From: an uncultured delta proteobacterium
GTDB taxonomy: Bacteria > Myxococcota_A > Polyangia > Polyangiales > Polyangiaceae
Direction: 5' to 3'
Length of the DNA: 64,000 nucleotides
Assembly (NCBI GenBank): GCA_963696385.1
Contig: CAVOKF010000002.1
Span: forward strand, 32,001-96,000
The notes beneath the pieces are model-generated. The model had not been told where the DNA came from and made no database searches. It saw nothing but the letters and a program-made list of their open reading frames with translations. Position numbers and translations under genes: made by a program. This document shows positions 10,350 to 22,145 of the stretch, one piece after another (the first letter of the stretch is position 1; every line of letters starts with the position of its first letter).

Positions 10350-11459
10350 TTACCCGATTCTTCGTCGAAACAACCATGCCGCCGCGGTCAGCGTGACGGC
10401 AGCGATGCAGAGCAAGGGCCACGTATTGTTGACCACGTCTCCCGGGCCCATTCCTTTCAGAAAGATGCCGCGCGCAATCACGAGGAAGTACCGGAGCGGG
10501 TTGACGAGCGTCAGCGGCTGCAGCCACGACGGCGTGCTCTCGATGGGCGTGGCGAAGCCCGAAAGGAGCGTTGCCGGGGCAAGGAACAGAAACGCGCCGA
10601 GGATCGCCTGCTGCTGCGTCGCTGAGAGCGCAGAGATGAAGAGCCCGACGCCAACGACCGACGCGAGGAAGAAAACCGCGCTGCCGTACAGGAGCAGCAC
10701 CGATCCGCGCATCGGCACGCCGAACCCGAACACGGCGACGACCACGTAGAGCGTGATGTGGAGGAATACGAACGCGAGCGGAGGAAGCACCTTGCCGAGC
10801 AGAATCTCGTGCGTCCGCAAAGGCGCCACGAACAGCTGGTCGAACGTGCCAAGCTCACGCTCGCGCGCCACCGAGAGCGCTGTGACGATCAGCCCGATCA
10901 GTTGAGCGATGATCGGGATGAGCCCCGGCAACGTGAACCACCTGAACGTAAGGTTCGGGTTGAACCAGTTTCGCGCGACGACGTGCGGCGTGCTCGCCAA
11001 ACGGTGCGCGCGCTCGTTCTCGTCAGCGATGTAGGAGGTGACGATCTCGCCGAGGTACCCGTTGACGATTTGCGCCGCGTTCGAGCGGCGCCCGTCCAGA
11101 AGAATCTGCACGGAGGCCGGGCGACCGGCGACCAGATCGCGCGAAAAGTTCGGCCCGACATCGATGGCCGCGATCGCACGCTCCTGGTCGAGTGTCGCCC
11201 GCAGCTCCGACGGATGGTGCACCGGCACGACCGTGCGGAACGTGGGAGAGCCTTCGATGCGTCGAACGAGCTCGACGCCAGCCGCTCCTTCGTCGCGGTT
11301 GAGCCCCACTACGTCGACGTTCTTGACCTCCAGGGTGGCGGCAAACGTGAAGACCACGAGCTGGACGAGCGGTGGCACCACGAGAATGAAGCGACTCTTC
11401 GGATCGCGCAGCACCACGAGCAGCTCCTTCACGACGAGGGCGACCAGCCGCGTCCACAT
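10350..11459 (-). CDS. ABC-2 transporter permease, YbhR-like
   Basis: MWTRLVALVVKELL...LDGRRSNAA...SVARERELGTFDQL...LLSGFATPIE. Confidence 0.9.
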   Translation of the reverse strand: MWTRLVALVVKELLVVLRDPKSRFILVVPPLVQLVVFTFAATLEVKNVDVVGLNRDEGAAGVELVRRIEGSPTFRTVVPVHHPSELRATLDQERAIAAIDVGPNFSRDLVAGRPASVQILLDGRRSNAAQIVNGYLGEIVTSYIADENERAHRLASTPHVVARNWFNPNLTFRWFTLPGLIPIIAQLIGLIVTALSVARERELGTFDQLFVAPLRTHEILLGKVLPPLAFVFLHITLYVVVAVFGFGVPMRGSVLLLYGSAVFFLASVVGVGLFISALSATQQQAILGAFLFLAPATLLSGFATPIESTPSWLQPLTLVNPLRYFLVIARGIFLKGMGPGDVVNNTWPLLCIAAVTLTAAAWLFRRRIG

Positions 11460-12411
11460 CGTCAGGCCACCCGCTTTCTCGTCGTAAGGACGGCAAGCAG
11501 GAAGAAGAGCACGCCGTAAAGCGTGAGGACGGCAGCACGATGGCTGATCCCGAGTCTGCAGAGTGTATTTCTCGCTGGGGATGTATGGCCCTTGTTCCTG
11601 AGGAGCATTGCGAGCCCCGCGCGATCGACCGCCGGCGGTACTCCGCCTCGTCCATGAAGTGCGTCGTGACCATGACGGCAACGCCCTTCTCGACCAAGCT
11701 GTTGATGTGTGTCCAGAACTCGCGCCGGGTGATCGGATCGACGCCGGACGTCGGGGGGCCATCGAACAGGAGCTTGCCGCCGTTGAGCAAAAGCACGCGA
11801 TCGCAGGCCTCCGCCTCATCGAGGTACGACGTCGACCAGACCACGCCCACCCCCTCGCTCTTCAGGCCGCTCACGATGCGCCAGAGCTCGCGGCGCGAGA
11901 TGGGGTCGACGCCGACCGAAGGTTCGTCGAGCAGCAGAAGCCGGGGTTTCCGAATGAGCGCGCACGCCAGGCCAAGCTTCTGCTTCATGCCGCCGGAGAG
12001 CTTTCCCGCGTGGCGCGATGAAAAGCGCTTCAGATCGGTGAACGAGAGCAATTCCTCGAAGCGCGGTTTCCGGTCGGCGACGGGCAATCCGCGCAGGTCG
12101 GCGTACAGACGCAGGTTCTCCACCACGCTTAGGTCTTCGTAAAGGCCGAAACGCTGCGGCATGTATCCGATCGAGGCATGGATCCGGTCGGCATGACGGG
12201 TGGGATCGAAGCCCAAAACCTCGAGGCAGCCGTCCTCGGCTACGAGCAACCCGGCCATGATGCGGATGAGCGTCGTCTTGCCCGCCCCGTCCGGCCCCAC
12301 CAATCCCGTGATTTCCCCCTCGAAGACCGTTCCCGACACCGTGTCGAGAGCAGGAGCTCCGACGCCGAAACGCTTGACGAGTCGGTCCATCCGAACCAGG
12401 GGCTGCAACAT
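11460..12411 (-). pseudogene. YbhF-like dual ABC ATPase, internally deleted, plus YbhS remnant
   Basis: GPDGAGKTT, LSGGMKQK and LLLDEPS are followed directly by second-domain TSGVDPITRREFW...TTHFMDEAEY. Confidence 0.75.
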
Positions 12412-12415
12412 CGGC

Positions 12416-13420
12416 TCACCCTTCGCCCGTGGTGATCTGCAGAGTGACGGGCATACCTTGGCGCAACCCGGGATCGGGCTCGTCGACGATGACGCGTAGC
12501 CGGTAGACGAGATCGGTCCGGAGGTCCGGGGTCTCGACCGACTTCGGTGTGAACTCGGCCGTTGGAGAAATGAACCCGACGTGACCTCGATAGCGGTGCG
12601 AAGGGGCCGAGTCGCTGGAGACCTCCACATGCGAGCCGGGATGGATCCTGCCGAGCTCCGTCTCTGCGACGTACGCCCGCACCCACACCGAATGCGTCAG
12701 CGACAGGACGTAGACGATGTCGTTGGGGGCGACGATCGCGCCCGGCTCTCGCACCCGCGAGATCACGACGCCGTCCGACGGAGCGATGAGTCGCGAGTCG
12801 TCGAGCGCCGTCTGAGCCGACGCAAGGCGAGCGCGCGCCAAGGCAAGGGTGGCGCGCGCCGCGGCGATGTCCTCGGCCCGAGTTCCCTGCACGAGCAAGC
12901 GCAGCGAATCCGCCGCCGATGCGACTCGGGCGTCCGCCTGGCGGCTGGTCGAGACGGCGTTGTCGCAGTTCGAGCGCGAGAGCGTACCGTCGTTCACGAG
13001 CCTTTCGGCGCGTCGGAGCTCGAGGCGGGCGTTATCCTGAGCCGCTTTGGCTTCGTCGACCGCAGCTTTCCCACGAGCGATCTCTGCCGGTCGAGAGCCC
13101 GCGATGAGCTTCTGCAGGTTCGCGTCTTGAGCGTCGACATCGGCCCGATCGGCGCGAAGTTCATCCTCGAACGTTCGCGGGTCGAGGACCGCCATGGGGG
13201 CTCCTGCGTTCACGCTCTGACCCTCTTCGAGTTGCATTTGCTGGATGCGACCGGCAACGCGGAAGCCCAGCTCGACCTGCCGGATGTCGACGTTGCCGTA
13301 GAGGATCAGGAGGTTCGAGGCAACGCTCTTTCGACCGAGGCGACCGGTGCTCACCGACCAGATCCCAACGATCGCGATCGTCACCCCGAGCAGCAGCGCG
13401 ACTCCCTTGCGCGCCTTCAT
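12416..13420 (-). CDS. HlyD-family membrane fusion protein, YbhG-like
   Basis: LYGNVDIRQVELGFRVAGRI...GFISPTAEFTPKSVETPDLRTDLVYRLR. Confidence 0.9.
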   Translation of the reverse strand: MKARKGVALLLGVTIAIVGIWSVSTGRLGRKSVASNLLILYGNVDIRQVELGFRVAGRIQQMQLEEGQSVNAGAPMAVLDPRTFEDELRADRADVDAQDANLQKLIAGSRPAEIARGKAAVDEAKAAQDNARLELRRAERLVNDGTLSRSNCDNAVSTSRQADARVASAADSLRLLVQGTRAEDIAAARATLALARARLASAQTALDDSRLIAPSDGVVISRVREPGAIVAPNDIVYVLSLTHSVWVRAYVAETELGRIHPGSHVEVSSDSAPSHRYRGHVGFISPTAEFTPKSVETPDLRTDLVYRLRVIVDEPDPGLRQGMPVTLQITTGEG

Positions 13421-13643
13421 CGCTTCCCTTGCCCGGGACGGACAGCGCCGGACGCCGCGTTCCAGCACTCGCTCCAGCAGCGCCAAACGTACCATTGGCC
13501 AGCGATGGTTGCAACTTCGCGCGCGTTGCCCGTCATTGCTTCGAGCGTGACGCAGGGGCGGGCACGGACGGCCGTTTTCCGGACGCGATCCAATTCGCTC
13601 AGCAGGTGGCTTTCGGCTAAGAATCTGTGCAGGGGACACCGTC

Positions 13644-14613
13644 GTGGAGTGCAACGTTCCGGTCACCGTTCGGACTCTTGTGTTGGTTCTGCTTGCGCCC
13701 CTGATGGCATGCGGCGGTCGCACGGGAGGGTCGCTAGGGACATCCGGCAGCACGTCGGCCGGATCGAGTGCGGCGAGCACGGGCTCTGTCTCGAGCAGGG
13801 GCTCTGTCTCGAGCATCGGCTCTGTCTCGAGCACCGGCTCTGTCCCGAGTACGGCGGCCCCTGCGGGGACCAGCGGCATCGGCACGGACGATGGCGGGTC
13901 GGGCACTGACGGTGGCAGTGATGGCGGCTCGGATTCGAGCATCAGCGCTTCCTCGAGCCTCACGGACGCCGCTGATGACGCTCTCGCCTGCAGTACGCCC
14001 CCGCCGGGCTGTGCTCGGACCCAAAATGCCGAAGTGTGCGGCCCTGGCTTCGTCTGCTGATCCGTCGCAGGGTTGCACCGCCACGGCGTGCACTTGCGAT
14101 CCGTCGGAGGGGTGGTTCTGCACCGCGGACTGCGGTGGGGGTTCTTGCATTCCCGTCGATGCGGCAACCCCCGGTGCTTCATGCCCGACAGCCCAGCCGG
14201 CGATGGGGAGCACGTGCGTCGGCCCAATCGCGTGCTCCTTCCCCGGCCTCTGCGGGTCGGTCATCTTCGAGTGTGGCACAACGCAGTCGTACTGGGCCGT
14301 GGCGACTACTGCGATGTGCAACGGCGCATGCCCCGCTGCAGAGCCCAAAGTGGGCGACCCGTGTATGGCCCCAGCAAAGTGCAGCTACACGTCGGCGTGC
14401 GGCGCCAACGATACGGTCTTTTGCAACGGAACGGGGACTGTTTCGATGATCATGGCGGGGACCTGTCCGGCGTGCCCGAGCCAAGAGCCGGCGCCGTTCT
14501 CGTCCTGTTCCGTCGCCCAGCAGTGCATGTTCACGAATGCGTGCGCGGGCACCGACGTCGCAACGTGTTCGAAAGGTGAGTGGAGCGTCCTTCGAGGGGA
14601 TTGCGAGATGTAA
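13644..14613 (+). pseudogene. Cys-rich myxobacterial lipoprotein split across two frames
   Basis: Lipobox LMAC; Ser/Gly linker with 18-bp tandem repeats (~13771-13850); CP..P..G..C repeats continue in another frame after ~14058. Confidence 0.6.
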
Positions 14614-14636
14614 GCGCCGCGGCCGCGAAGCGCTGC

Positions 14637-15653
14637 TCAGGCCTCCGTGCTCACGACGGGAGAAACCGCCTTCGGCTTGCCGTCGAGCAGCTCAATCGAG
14701 CGGAGCCTCGCGTCGAGACCAGGGGCCGGGTGCACGGTGATCAGCTCGTCCGCGTCCGAGTGATCGATGAACGCGGCGACGTAGGCGTGCACTTCGTCGC
14801 GCGTGCCGACCGCCGCGTACGTCATCATCTGCTGGAGCTGCGCTCCGGCGGGGGATTCGATGAGCTCGTCCGCCTCCTCGTCCGTGAGCGTCCGCCCCTT
14901 CCCGAGGAGCAGGCGGACGCGCATCCGCTGCACAAACCGAAGCTGCTCGTGCGCCCGCTGCGCCGTGTCCGCAGCTATGACGGTGAGCCCGGGGATAACG
15001 TACGGAGCCGCGAGCTGCCGGGATGGGCGGAACTCACGACGGTAGAGCGCGACCGCGTCGACGAGGTCGTGCGGCGCGAAATGCGACGCGAACGCGTAGG
15101 GCAGACCGAAGGTTGCAGCCAACTTTGCGCCAAAGAGAGACGAGCCCAGGATGTACAAGGGTACCTTCGCGCCGCGACCTGGGATCGCGTTCACTCCGGG
15201 CACGCGCGTCTCATCCGCGAGGTAACCCTGAAGCTCGAGCACGTCTTCGGGGAACCGGTCGGACGCCGAGGCGGCGCGACGAAGCGCGTGCGTCGTCGTG
15301 AGATCGGTTCCCGGTGCGCGCCCGAGGCCGAGGTCGATGCGACCGGGATAGAGCGCCTCGAGCGTTCCGAACTGCTCGGCGATCACGAGCGGCGCGTGGT
15401 TGGCAAGCATGATGCCCCCCGCACCCACCCGTATGGTCCGCGTCTGCGATGCGACATGGGCTACGAGGATGCTGGTCGCCGAGGAGCCGATGCTCGCCAT
15501 GTTGTGGTGCTCGGCGTACCAGACTCGTTGGTAGCCGAGCTCCTCGGCGCGCTGCGCGATGGATACACTCGCACGGAACGCATCGCGCGCCGTCTGGCCC
15601 GGACCGATGATCGCGAGATCGAGGAGCGACAGAGGAACGGATCGACCTCTCAT
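14637..15653 (-). CDS. Luciferase-like (LLM) flavin-dependent oxidoreductase
   Basis: WYAEHHNM...[23 protein letters not shown]...[12 protein letters not shown]. Confidence 0.92.
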   Translation of the reverse strand: MRGRSVPLSLLDLAIIGPGQTARDAFRASVSIAQRAEELGYQRVWYAEHHNMASIGSSATSILVAHVASQTRTIRVGAGGIMLANHAPLVIAEQFGTLEALYPGRIDLGLGRAPGTDLTTTHALRRAASASDRFPEDVLELQGYLADETRVPGVNAIPGRGAKVPLYILGSSLFGAKLAATFGLPYAFASHFAPHDLVDAVALYRREFRPSRQLAAPYVIPGLTVIAADTAQRAHEQLRFVQRMRVRLLLGKGRTLTDEEADELIESPAGAQLQQMMTYAAVGTRDEVHAYVAAFIDHSDADELITVHPAPGLDARLRSIELLDGKPKAVSPVVSTEA

Positions 15654-15954
15654 GACCATCCATATTAAGCATGAGTGGAGCGCCGCGGGGCCGATTAGGG
15701 CTGACGATACTACGCCCACCAGTTCTCGACGGCCACTCCATTTGAGGCAAGGAAGGCACCGGCGCATCTCGGTAGCGCGTCACAGGAGGCGAGTCGGCTC
15801 ACTGCACAACTCGCCGAGCACGGGGCGCGCGGACACGGAAACGGGCCCACAAGCTCCTCTTCGACGACAGCGCTCCGCAGGGACTGATCGACTTCTTCGC
15901 CGGCACCTCCACGCGGGCGCAGTCCTGATGAAACACCCGTGCCGAGGGAACACT

Positions 15955-17229
15955 TTGGTCTACGACGTGATCATCGCCGGGGCCGGCCCGGTCGGCCTGT
16001 TCCTGGCCTGCGAGCTTCGGCTCATGAAGCTCTCCGTACTGGTGCTCGAACAACAGAAAGACCCCCACTCACCGCTGAAGCGGCTTCCGTTTGGACTGCG
16101 AGGGCTCTGGGGCCCAAGCATCGAAGCTTTCTACCGGCGCGGGCTTCTGGAACGGATTGCGGCCGAATCGCGTCCCGCGGGTGCGCCCGGCCAGTCGAGC
16201 CAGCCGACACCCGGGGCAGCGCAGCGCGGGCCGGCCGGCCACTGCGCGGGCATCCAGTTCGACCGCAGCCTCATCGACGCGGGGCGGTGGACGTATCGAC
16301 TGCCGGGCCCGTCCTCCATCCAGCTCGGGAGCGCGATGGAGCAACTCGAGCGCGTGCTCGCCGCTCACGCGATCTCCGTCGGCGTCGAGCTCCAACGCAG
16401 CCGCGGCGTCGACGGCTTCGAGACTTCGAACGATGAAGTTACCGTCTGTTCTGGCGAAGAGCGCTTTCGCGGGCTATTTCTCGTGGGCTGCGACGGCGGC
16501 CGCAGCACCGTCCGCAAGCAAGGTGGCTTCGAGTTCGTCGGTACCGATCCCGAGTTCACCGGATATTCGGTCCACGTCGACATTGCCGACCCGGAGAAAC
16601 TCCGCATGGGCCGGCAAGCGACCCCGACGGGCCATTACACGCAAGCGCAGGCAGGGTTCTGGCGTTTGCCGACTTCGACGGCGGCTCTTCCCACCGCGAA
16701 GAGCCGATCACGCGCGAGCACGTGCAAGCGGTGCTGCGGCGCGTGTCCAACACGGACGTAACCCTCACGGCGTTGCACCTCGTCTCGACATGGACCGACC
16801 GCTCGCTCCAAGCCACGACCTACCGCAAGGGACGCGTGCTCCTGGCGGGACGCCGCGCATGTGGACAAGGCTTGAACCCCGGGCTCGGAGACGCCATGAA
16901 CCTCGGCTGGAAGCTCGCTGCGACCGTCCGGGGGGATGCCCCCGATGGCTTGCTCGACAGCTACACCACGGAGCGGCACGCGGTCGGAGCGCGCATCCTC
17001 GCTGTTGGACTTCGACCGGCAGCCGTCGCTAAAAGCGCTTGATGGCCTTTGGGGCGACCATGTCAAGTACGTGGCGAGCGACGCCAAGGAGCGCCTTGGC
17101 CTCCGCGCGCTGCTCGTGCGTCCTGATGGATTCGTTGCATGGGCGTGCGATACGACTCCCAGTCCCGAGGAAGTCGCACGAGCGGCGGTGAGATGGTTCG
17201 CGAGCCGCGAACATTCACGCCATCAGTAG
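15955..17229 (+). pseudogene. FAD-dependent monooxygenase, frameshifted and deleted
   Basis: GAGPVG, LVGCDGGRSTVR, GQGLN.GLGDAMNLGWKL and LLVRPDGFVAW are spread over three frames. Confidence 0.8.
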
Positions 17230-17571
17230 CTGACAGGAAGCCGTTCGGCTGAAAGGACTACCGCGGCGTGCGAGCTGGCGATGCGAGGCACACCTTGGGG
17301 CACCGTGTCGGCGGCAACAACACTGTGTCGGCGGGCACGGGACCACTCCCCGTCCTGCGGCGGCGCGGGGAGAACGCACGCGCCGCCGTTTTGATCACGA
17401 AACGTTCGATCGCCGGCCACTTACGCGAACAGGATGCATCCTTCCGAAGCTCTCCCCCGCGCGCGCGGCGTTGCCAACGACCGCGCGGCTCAGCCTTTCC
17501 CGCCTGGCGGCGACCCGACGCGGCGCGCTGACCGACGCCATCGCGGGACGCCGGGCGTAAAAACGCGAACC

Positions 17572-19191
17572 GTGGTCCGCTCGATCCCATCGGCCCTCGT
17601 TGCACTGCTCACGGCAGCCGGGTCGCCGGCCCGCGCGCAGGCCGCGTCGGACGCCGGGACGAAAACGCTGATCGATTACTTTTTGCCGACGCCGATCATC
17701 TGTCCGCTGACCTCGAACACATGGGGCGCGGCTTCGGTTCTTCCGCGGGACATTTGCAACGGCCTCGAAGACTCGACCAACATGACGTGGCAGTACTGGG
17801 ACGGGAAGATCTTGGAAAATACGGACGGGAAATTCCACATTTATGCCGGGCGCTGGCCTCAGGACAAAGGCTTTGCCGACTGGCCTCAGTCCGTCATCGT
17901 CAAAGGCATCAGCAACGACACGGTTGTCGGATCGTACGTCCCAAGCACCAGTGCTCCTTTCACCGGCAAGGAGCAGAACGTGACGGGCATCGTTCTCAAC
18001 AATGGGAGCTTTGCCCTCATGGATAGCCCGGGCAACATCTATACGGCGACCTCGCTCGATGGTCCGTGGGCGTCGCAGGGTGTCATCTCCATCACGGCCA
18101 ACGGGTTCCCCATCGCGACGCAGACCACGGAGAACCAAACGATCTGGCAGAGCGCTCAGGGCAGCTTCCTCATCATCTCAAGGAACTTTCAGGTGATGGT
18201 GAGCAGCGAGAACATCCTCGGCCCGTATGTGATCCAGACGACCATTCCGGATCTTCAATCCGAGGGTTACGAAGACCCGGTGGTCTGGTGCAGCGGCGGG
18301 CAGTACCACCTGGTCGCGAACATGTACAACGCCCGCAAGGCGTATCATTTCACGTCGCCCGATGGCATTCACAACTGGACCAACAAGGGATTGGCCTACG
18401 ATCCGACCACCGATTTCGTGCGCTACACGGACGGAACGGTCAACAACTGGTACAAGGCGGAGAGACCCGGTGTGTTCTTGCAAGGGGGCCACGTCGTCGC
18501 CTTCAGTCTGGCGGTCGTCGACGTGGACAAGACGCTGGATCTCGCGAATGACAACCACGGAAGCAAAGTCATCGTCGTACCGTTCGACGGAGTGTCCCTC
18601 GATCGCGACGACCCAGGCCCCGGAAGCGCGGGTTGCCCTCTCGAGCCGGACGACGGCGGCAGCATCGACGCAAGCTATTACTCGGGCAGCGGCACCGACT
18701 CGGGCGGCGGGAGCTCGGACGCCGCCCAAGCGGAATCGAGCGCCGCCGACGCAGGCGCTTCGACCGGCTCCAGCGGGCTTGCCGACGCGTCCGAGCGCGT
18801 GGATGCCACGGCCGCGGGTGGCCCCATCGTCGACGCTGCTTTGTCCGACGAAGTCGGCGCGCTTGCAACGGCCGACGCTCAGGGCGGAGGCTCACAGGGT
18901 GGCGGATCGCAGGGTGGCGCAGATGGCGCGGGAGGCGCCCTCTCGAGCGACGGCGGGGGGGTCACACCTCCCAGCGCGAGCTCGAATGCGGGGGGCTGTT
19001 CGTGCCGAACGAGCGAAGGCGGTGGCGCGAACGGCGCGTTCGGGGCACTCATGATGGGCGTAGCGTTTGCCGTGTGGCGGAGGCGGTGGCGTGGCGTGAA
19101 CACGCTCTCAGCGGGGCACACCGGGCTCGGGGGTGACGGCGGCGAGGAGCGCGGGACGTTCCGGCGTGGCGCTCTCTCGCGAGAAGCCTAA
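17572..19191 (+). CDS. Secreted beta-propeller glycoside hydrolase (GH43-like) with MYXO-CTERM-type anchor
   Basis: YWDGKI, EDPVVW, AERP motifs; low-complexity linker; GGCSC + hydrophobic segment + RRR. Confidence 0.7.
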   Translation: MVRSIPSALVALLTAAGSPARAQAASDAGTKTLIDYFLPTPIICPLTSNTWGAASVLPRDICNGLEDSTNMTWQYWDGKILENTDGKFHIYAGRWPQDKGFADWPQSVIVKGISNDTVVGSYVPSTSAPFTGKEQNVTGIVLNNGSFALMDSPGNIYTATSLDGPWASQGVISITANGFPIATQTTENQTIWQSAQGSFLIISRNFQVMVSSENILGPYVIQTTIPDLQSEGYEDPVVWCSGGQYHLVANMYNARKAYHFTSPDGIHNWTNKGLAYDPTTDFVRYTDGTVNNWYKAERPGVFLQGGHVVAFSLAVVDVDKTLDLANDNHGSKVIVVPFDGVSLDRDDPGPGSAGCPLEPDDGGSIDASYYSGSGTDSGGGSSDAAQAESSAADAGASTGSSGLADASERVDATAAGGPIVDAALSDEVGALATADAQGGGSQGGGSQGGADGAGGALSSDGGGVTPPSASSNAGGCSCRTSEGGGANGAFGALMMGVAFAVWRRRWRGVNTLSAGHTGLGGDGGEERGTFRRGALSREA

Positions 19192-19475
19192 CGCCGGCGC
19201 CGCCTCGTCGCGCGAACCCGTTTCCGCGCCTCCTCACTGCTCGCTCATAGATCCGATCGTCGCGTAACTATCCAATCAGGCGGCAATTGCTCTCTTTCGC
19301 CTGGGAGGTCGTCTCGCAGGCGTGCGCTCGAGGCGCCTGAGTCGTCGTTCGGTCTCGCGCACTTCGGTTCACGAGCCGGTCGCCCCTCGGCCACTAACCG
19401 AACGCGCCGACAAACTTGGGTCATGGCCGACGATGAGCACCCGCTTGCGCGGTCGCGTGGAGCCGAAGAGGCGAA

Positions 19476-21944
19476 TTGAATAAGGCGAAAGTTGTTGCTC
19501 TTACGGTGCTTGCCCTCTTGAACGGGGCGTTCTCGTCCGCCTGCGGCTCAAGCTCCATGGCCAGGTCGGGTGGCTTGTCCGGACCGGCCGATTCCGGTAA
19601 CGGCGACGGGGTCGGTCCCGGCGGAGGCGAAGGCGGTGCCCAGAACCATGATGGCGGTTCCAGCGGCGCGGGTGGTCTCGATGCGAGTGCGGACGCCACC
19701 GACGGAGCCGTGGCAGCCGACGGCGCAGCGGGTGCGTCCGCCACCGACGGAGCGGCGGCCGACAGCGCGGCGGGTGCGGACGCCACCGCGGGGGGTTCGG
19801 ACGCGGCCTCCACGGCGTCGACCCTTCGACAGACAATAAACCTCAATCAGGGCTGGACGTTTCAGCTCGGCGACTACGCGGGCGCACAGGCGAGCACGTA
19901 TGACGATACCGCCTGGAGCCCCGTCAACTTGCCGCACTCGTTCAGTCTGCCCTACTTCATGTGGACGCAGTTCTACGTTGGCTACGGGTGGTACCGGAAG
20001 CACTTCACCATGCCGGTGGAGTGGTCGGGCAAGAGCCTATCTCTCGAGTTCGAGGGAGCGTTTCAAGACGCGGAAATTTACGTCAACGGCCAGCTCATTG
20101 GCGAACATCTCGGCGGGTATACCGGGTTTTCCTACGACATCACTAGCGCCGCGGTGGTGGGCGACAACGTGGTCGCCGTGAGGTTGAACAACAACTGGAA
20201 TGCCGAACTGGCGCCGCGGGCGGGGGACCACGAATTCAGTGGGGGCCTCTACCGTGACGTTCACCTCGTCGTGACCGATCCGCTGCACGTGACGTGGTAC
20301 GGCACGTTCGTGACGACGCCGACCGTGTCGGCGACGTTGGCCACGGTCAATATCCAGACCGAAGTCCAAAACGCCAACTCGGTCGCCAAAAGCTGCACCG
20401 TCCAGACCGACATCGTCGACGCGACCGGAACGATGGTGACAAGCGTGACCTCGACCCAAATAGTTGCGGCCAACACGACCGTCACGTTCAGTCAGACCAC
20501 ACCGACGATCGCCAATCCGGCGCTCTGGCATCCCGACCACCCGACGCTCTACCAGGCCGTCAGCACCGTCTCGGACGGGGCGACGCCCGTAGACAATTAC
20601 ACCACGAATTTCGGCTTCCGATGGTTCAGCTGGAGCGCCAGCACCGGCTTCACGCTGAACGGTTCGCACTACTACATTCACGGCGCGGACGTGCATCAGG
20701 ACCACGCCGGGTGGGTGGACGGCGTGACGAATGCCGGTCTGGTCCGCGACGTGACGATGGTCAAAAGCGCGGGATTCAACTTCATCCGAGGCTCGCACTA
20801 CCCGAAAGACCCTGCGTTTGGAGACGCCTGCGACGAGCTCGGCGTGTTGTTCTGGTCGGAGAACAATTTCTGGGGTGCGGGGGCTGGAACGGGGGAGGGG
20901 ACCTGGATGACGGCCGGCGCCTACCCCAACAACACCGCCGATCAGGCACCCTTCGAAACGAGCGTGCTCAATAGCCTCACCGACATGATCCGCGTCCATC
21001 GAAACCATCCGAGCATCGTGGCGTGGAGCATGTGCAACGAAGTCTTTGCGACGGCTTCGGCGACCATCCCGCTCATGAGAGCGTTGCTGTCGAAAGAGGT
21101 CGCGCTGGCACACCAGCTCGATCCGACACGACCTGCCGGCATCGGAGGCGCCCAGCGGCCGGAGGGCGCCACGACGCGTATCGACTTGCTCGGAGACATC
21201 GCCGGATACAACGGCGACGGCGCCGTGATTGCCATGTTTCAAAACCCGGGCATCGCCAACGTCGTGACGGAATACGGCAGCGTCGTCGCGACTCGACCGG
21301 GAGCGTACGATCCCGGCTGGGGTAACCTAAGTTCGCAGTTGACGAACGGCTTTCCGACAGAATTCGCGTGGCGCAGCGGGCAGGCGCGGTGGGCCGCGTT
21401 CGACTACGGAACGCCCTATGGCACCGTCAATTCGGAGACCGGAATCATCGATTACTTTCGGCTGCCGAAGCGCGCCTGGTACTGGTATCGCAACGCCTAT
21501 GCGAACATTCCGCCGCCGACGTGGCCGGTCAACGGTACGCCGGCCGCGTTGCAGCTCACGGCCGACAAGTCCACACTCGCCGCCGCGGACGGCACGGACG
21601 ACGCGCAGTTAGTCGTTACGGTTCTGGATTCCACCGGAGCCCCCATCAGCAACAACGTGACCGTCACCCTAACCGTCGAATCGGGCCCGGGCGAGTTTCC
21701 GACGGGGCCCAGCATCACGTTCACTCCGCCGTCGAGCAGCCCGCAATCGGACATTCAGATTCTCGACGGGCGGGCGGCCATCGAGTTTCGCAGTTATTAC
21801 GCGGGCACGACGGTCATCAACGCGACGTCTCCCGGACTCATGGGCGCTAGCGTCACCATCGTAACGCAGGGCAGTCCCGCCTGGGTGGCGGGCGTCACTC
21901 CGCCCACGCCCGCGCGACCGTACGCTCGGTACACGGCAAATTGA
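19476..21944 (+). CDS. Glycoside hydrolase family 2 lipoprotein
   Basis: GWYRKHF, LEFEGA, GGLYRDV, HQDH, FIRGSHYP, RNHPSIVAWSMCNE. Confidence 0.92.
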   Translation: MNKAKVVALTVLALLNGAFSSACGSSSMARSGGLSGPADSGNGDGVGPGGGEGGAQNHDGGSSGAGGLDASADATDGAVAADGAAGASATDGAAADSAAGADATAGGSDAASTASTLRQTINLNQGWTFQLGDYAGAQASTYDDTAWSPVNLPHSFSLPYFMWTQFYVGYGWYRKHFTMPVEWSGKSLSLEFEGAFQDAEIYVNGQLIGEHLGGYTGFSYDITSAAVVGDNVVAVRLNNNWNAELAPRAGDHEFSGGLYRDVHLVVTDPLHVTWYGTFVTTPTVSATLATVNIQTEVQNANSVAKSCTVQTDIVDATGTMVTSVTSTQIVAANTTVTFSQTTPTIANPALWHPDHPTLYQAVSTVSDGATPVDNYTTNFGFRWFSWSASTGFTLNGSHYYIHGADVHQDHAGWVDGVTNAGLVRDVTMVKSAGFNFIRGSHYPKDPAFGDACDELGVLFWSENNFWGAGAGTGEGTWMTAGAYPNNTADQAPFETSVLNSLTDMIRVHRNHPSIVAWSMCNEVFATASATIPLMRALLSKEVALAHQLDPTRPAGIGGAQRPEGATTRIDLLGDIAGYNGDGAVIAMFQNPGIANVVTEYGSVVATRPGAYDPGWGNLSSQLTNGFPTEFAWRSGQARWAAFDYGTPYGTVNSETGIIDYFRLPKRAWYWYRNAYANIPPPTWPVNGTPAALQLTADKSTLAAADGTDDAQLVVTVLDSTGAPISNNVTVTLTVESGPGEFPTGPSITFTPPSSSPQSDIQILDGRAAIEFRSYYAGTTVINATSPGLMGASVTIVTQGSPAWVAGVTPPTPARPYARYTAN

Positions 21945-22145
21945 GGCTGCGACGGGTCCGCTGGCGGCTAGGGGCGCAGCGGCCAACAAGGCCCGCGGTC
22001 ATCGCAAAAACGGGTTGTGAACTGACCGGCTTCGCGTCTCAAATGGGTCGACCCGTTTGAATCTGGCTGAACAAAGTCTCCCCTAGACTAAGAGGCCTCG
22101 CCGACGAGAGGGTCGTTTCGTCCGAAAGAGGCAGCGTTGTCACGC

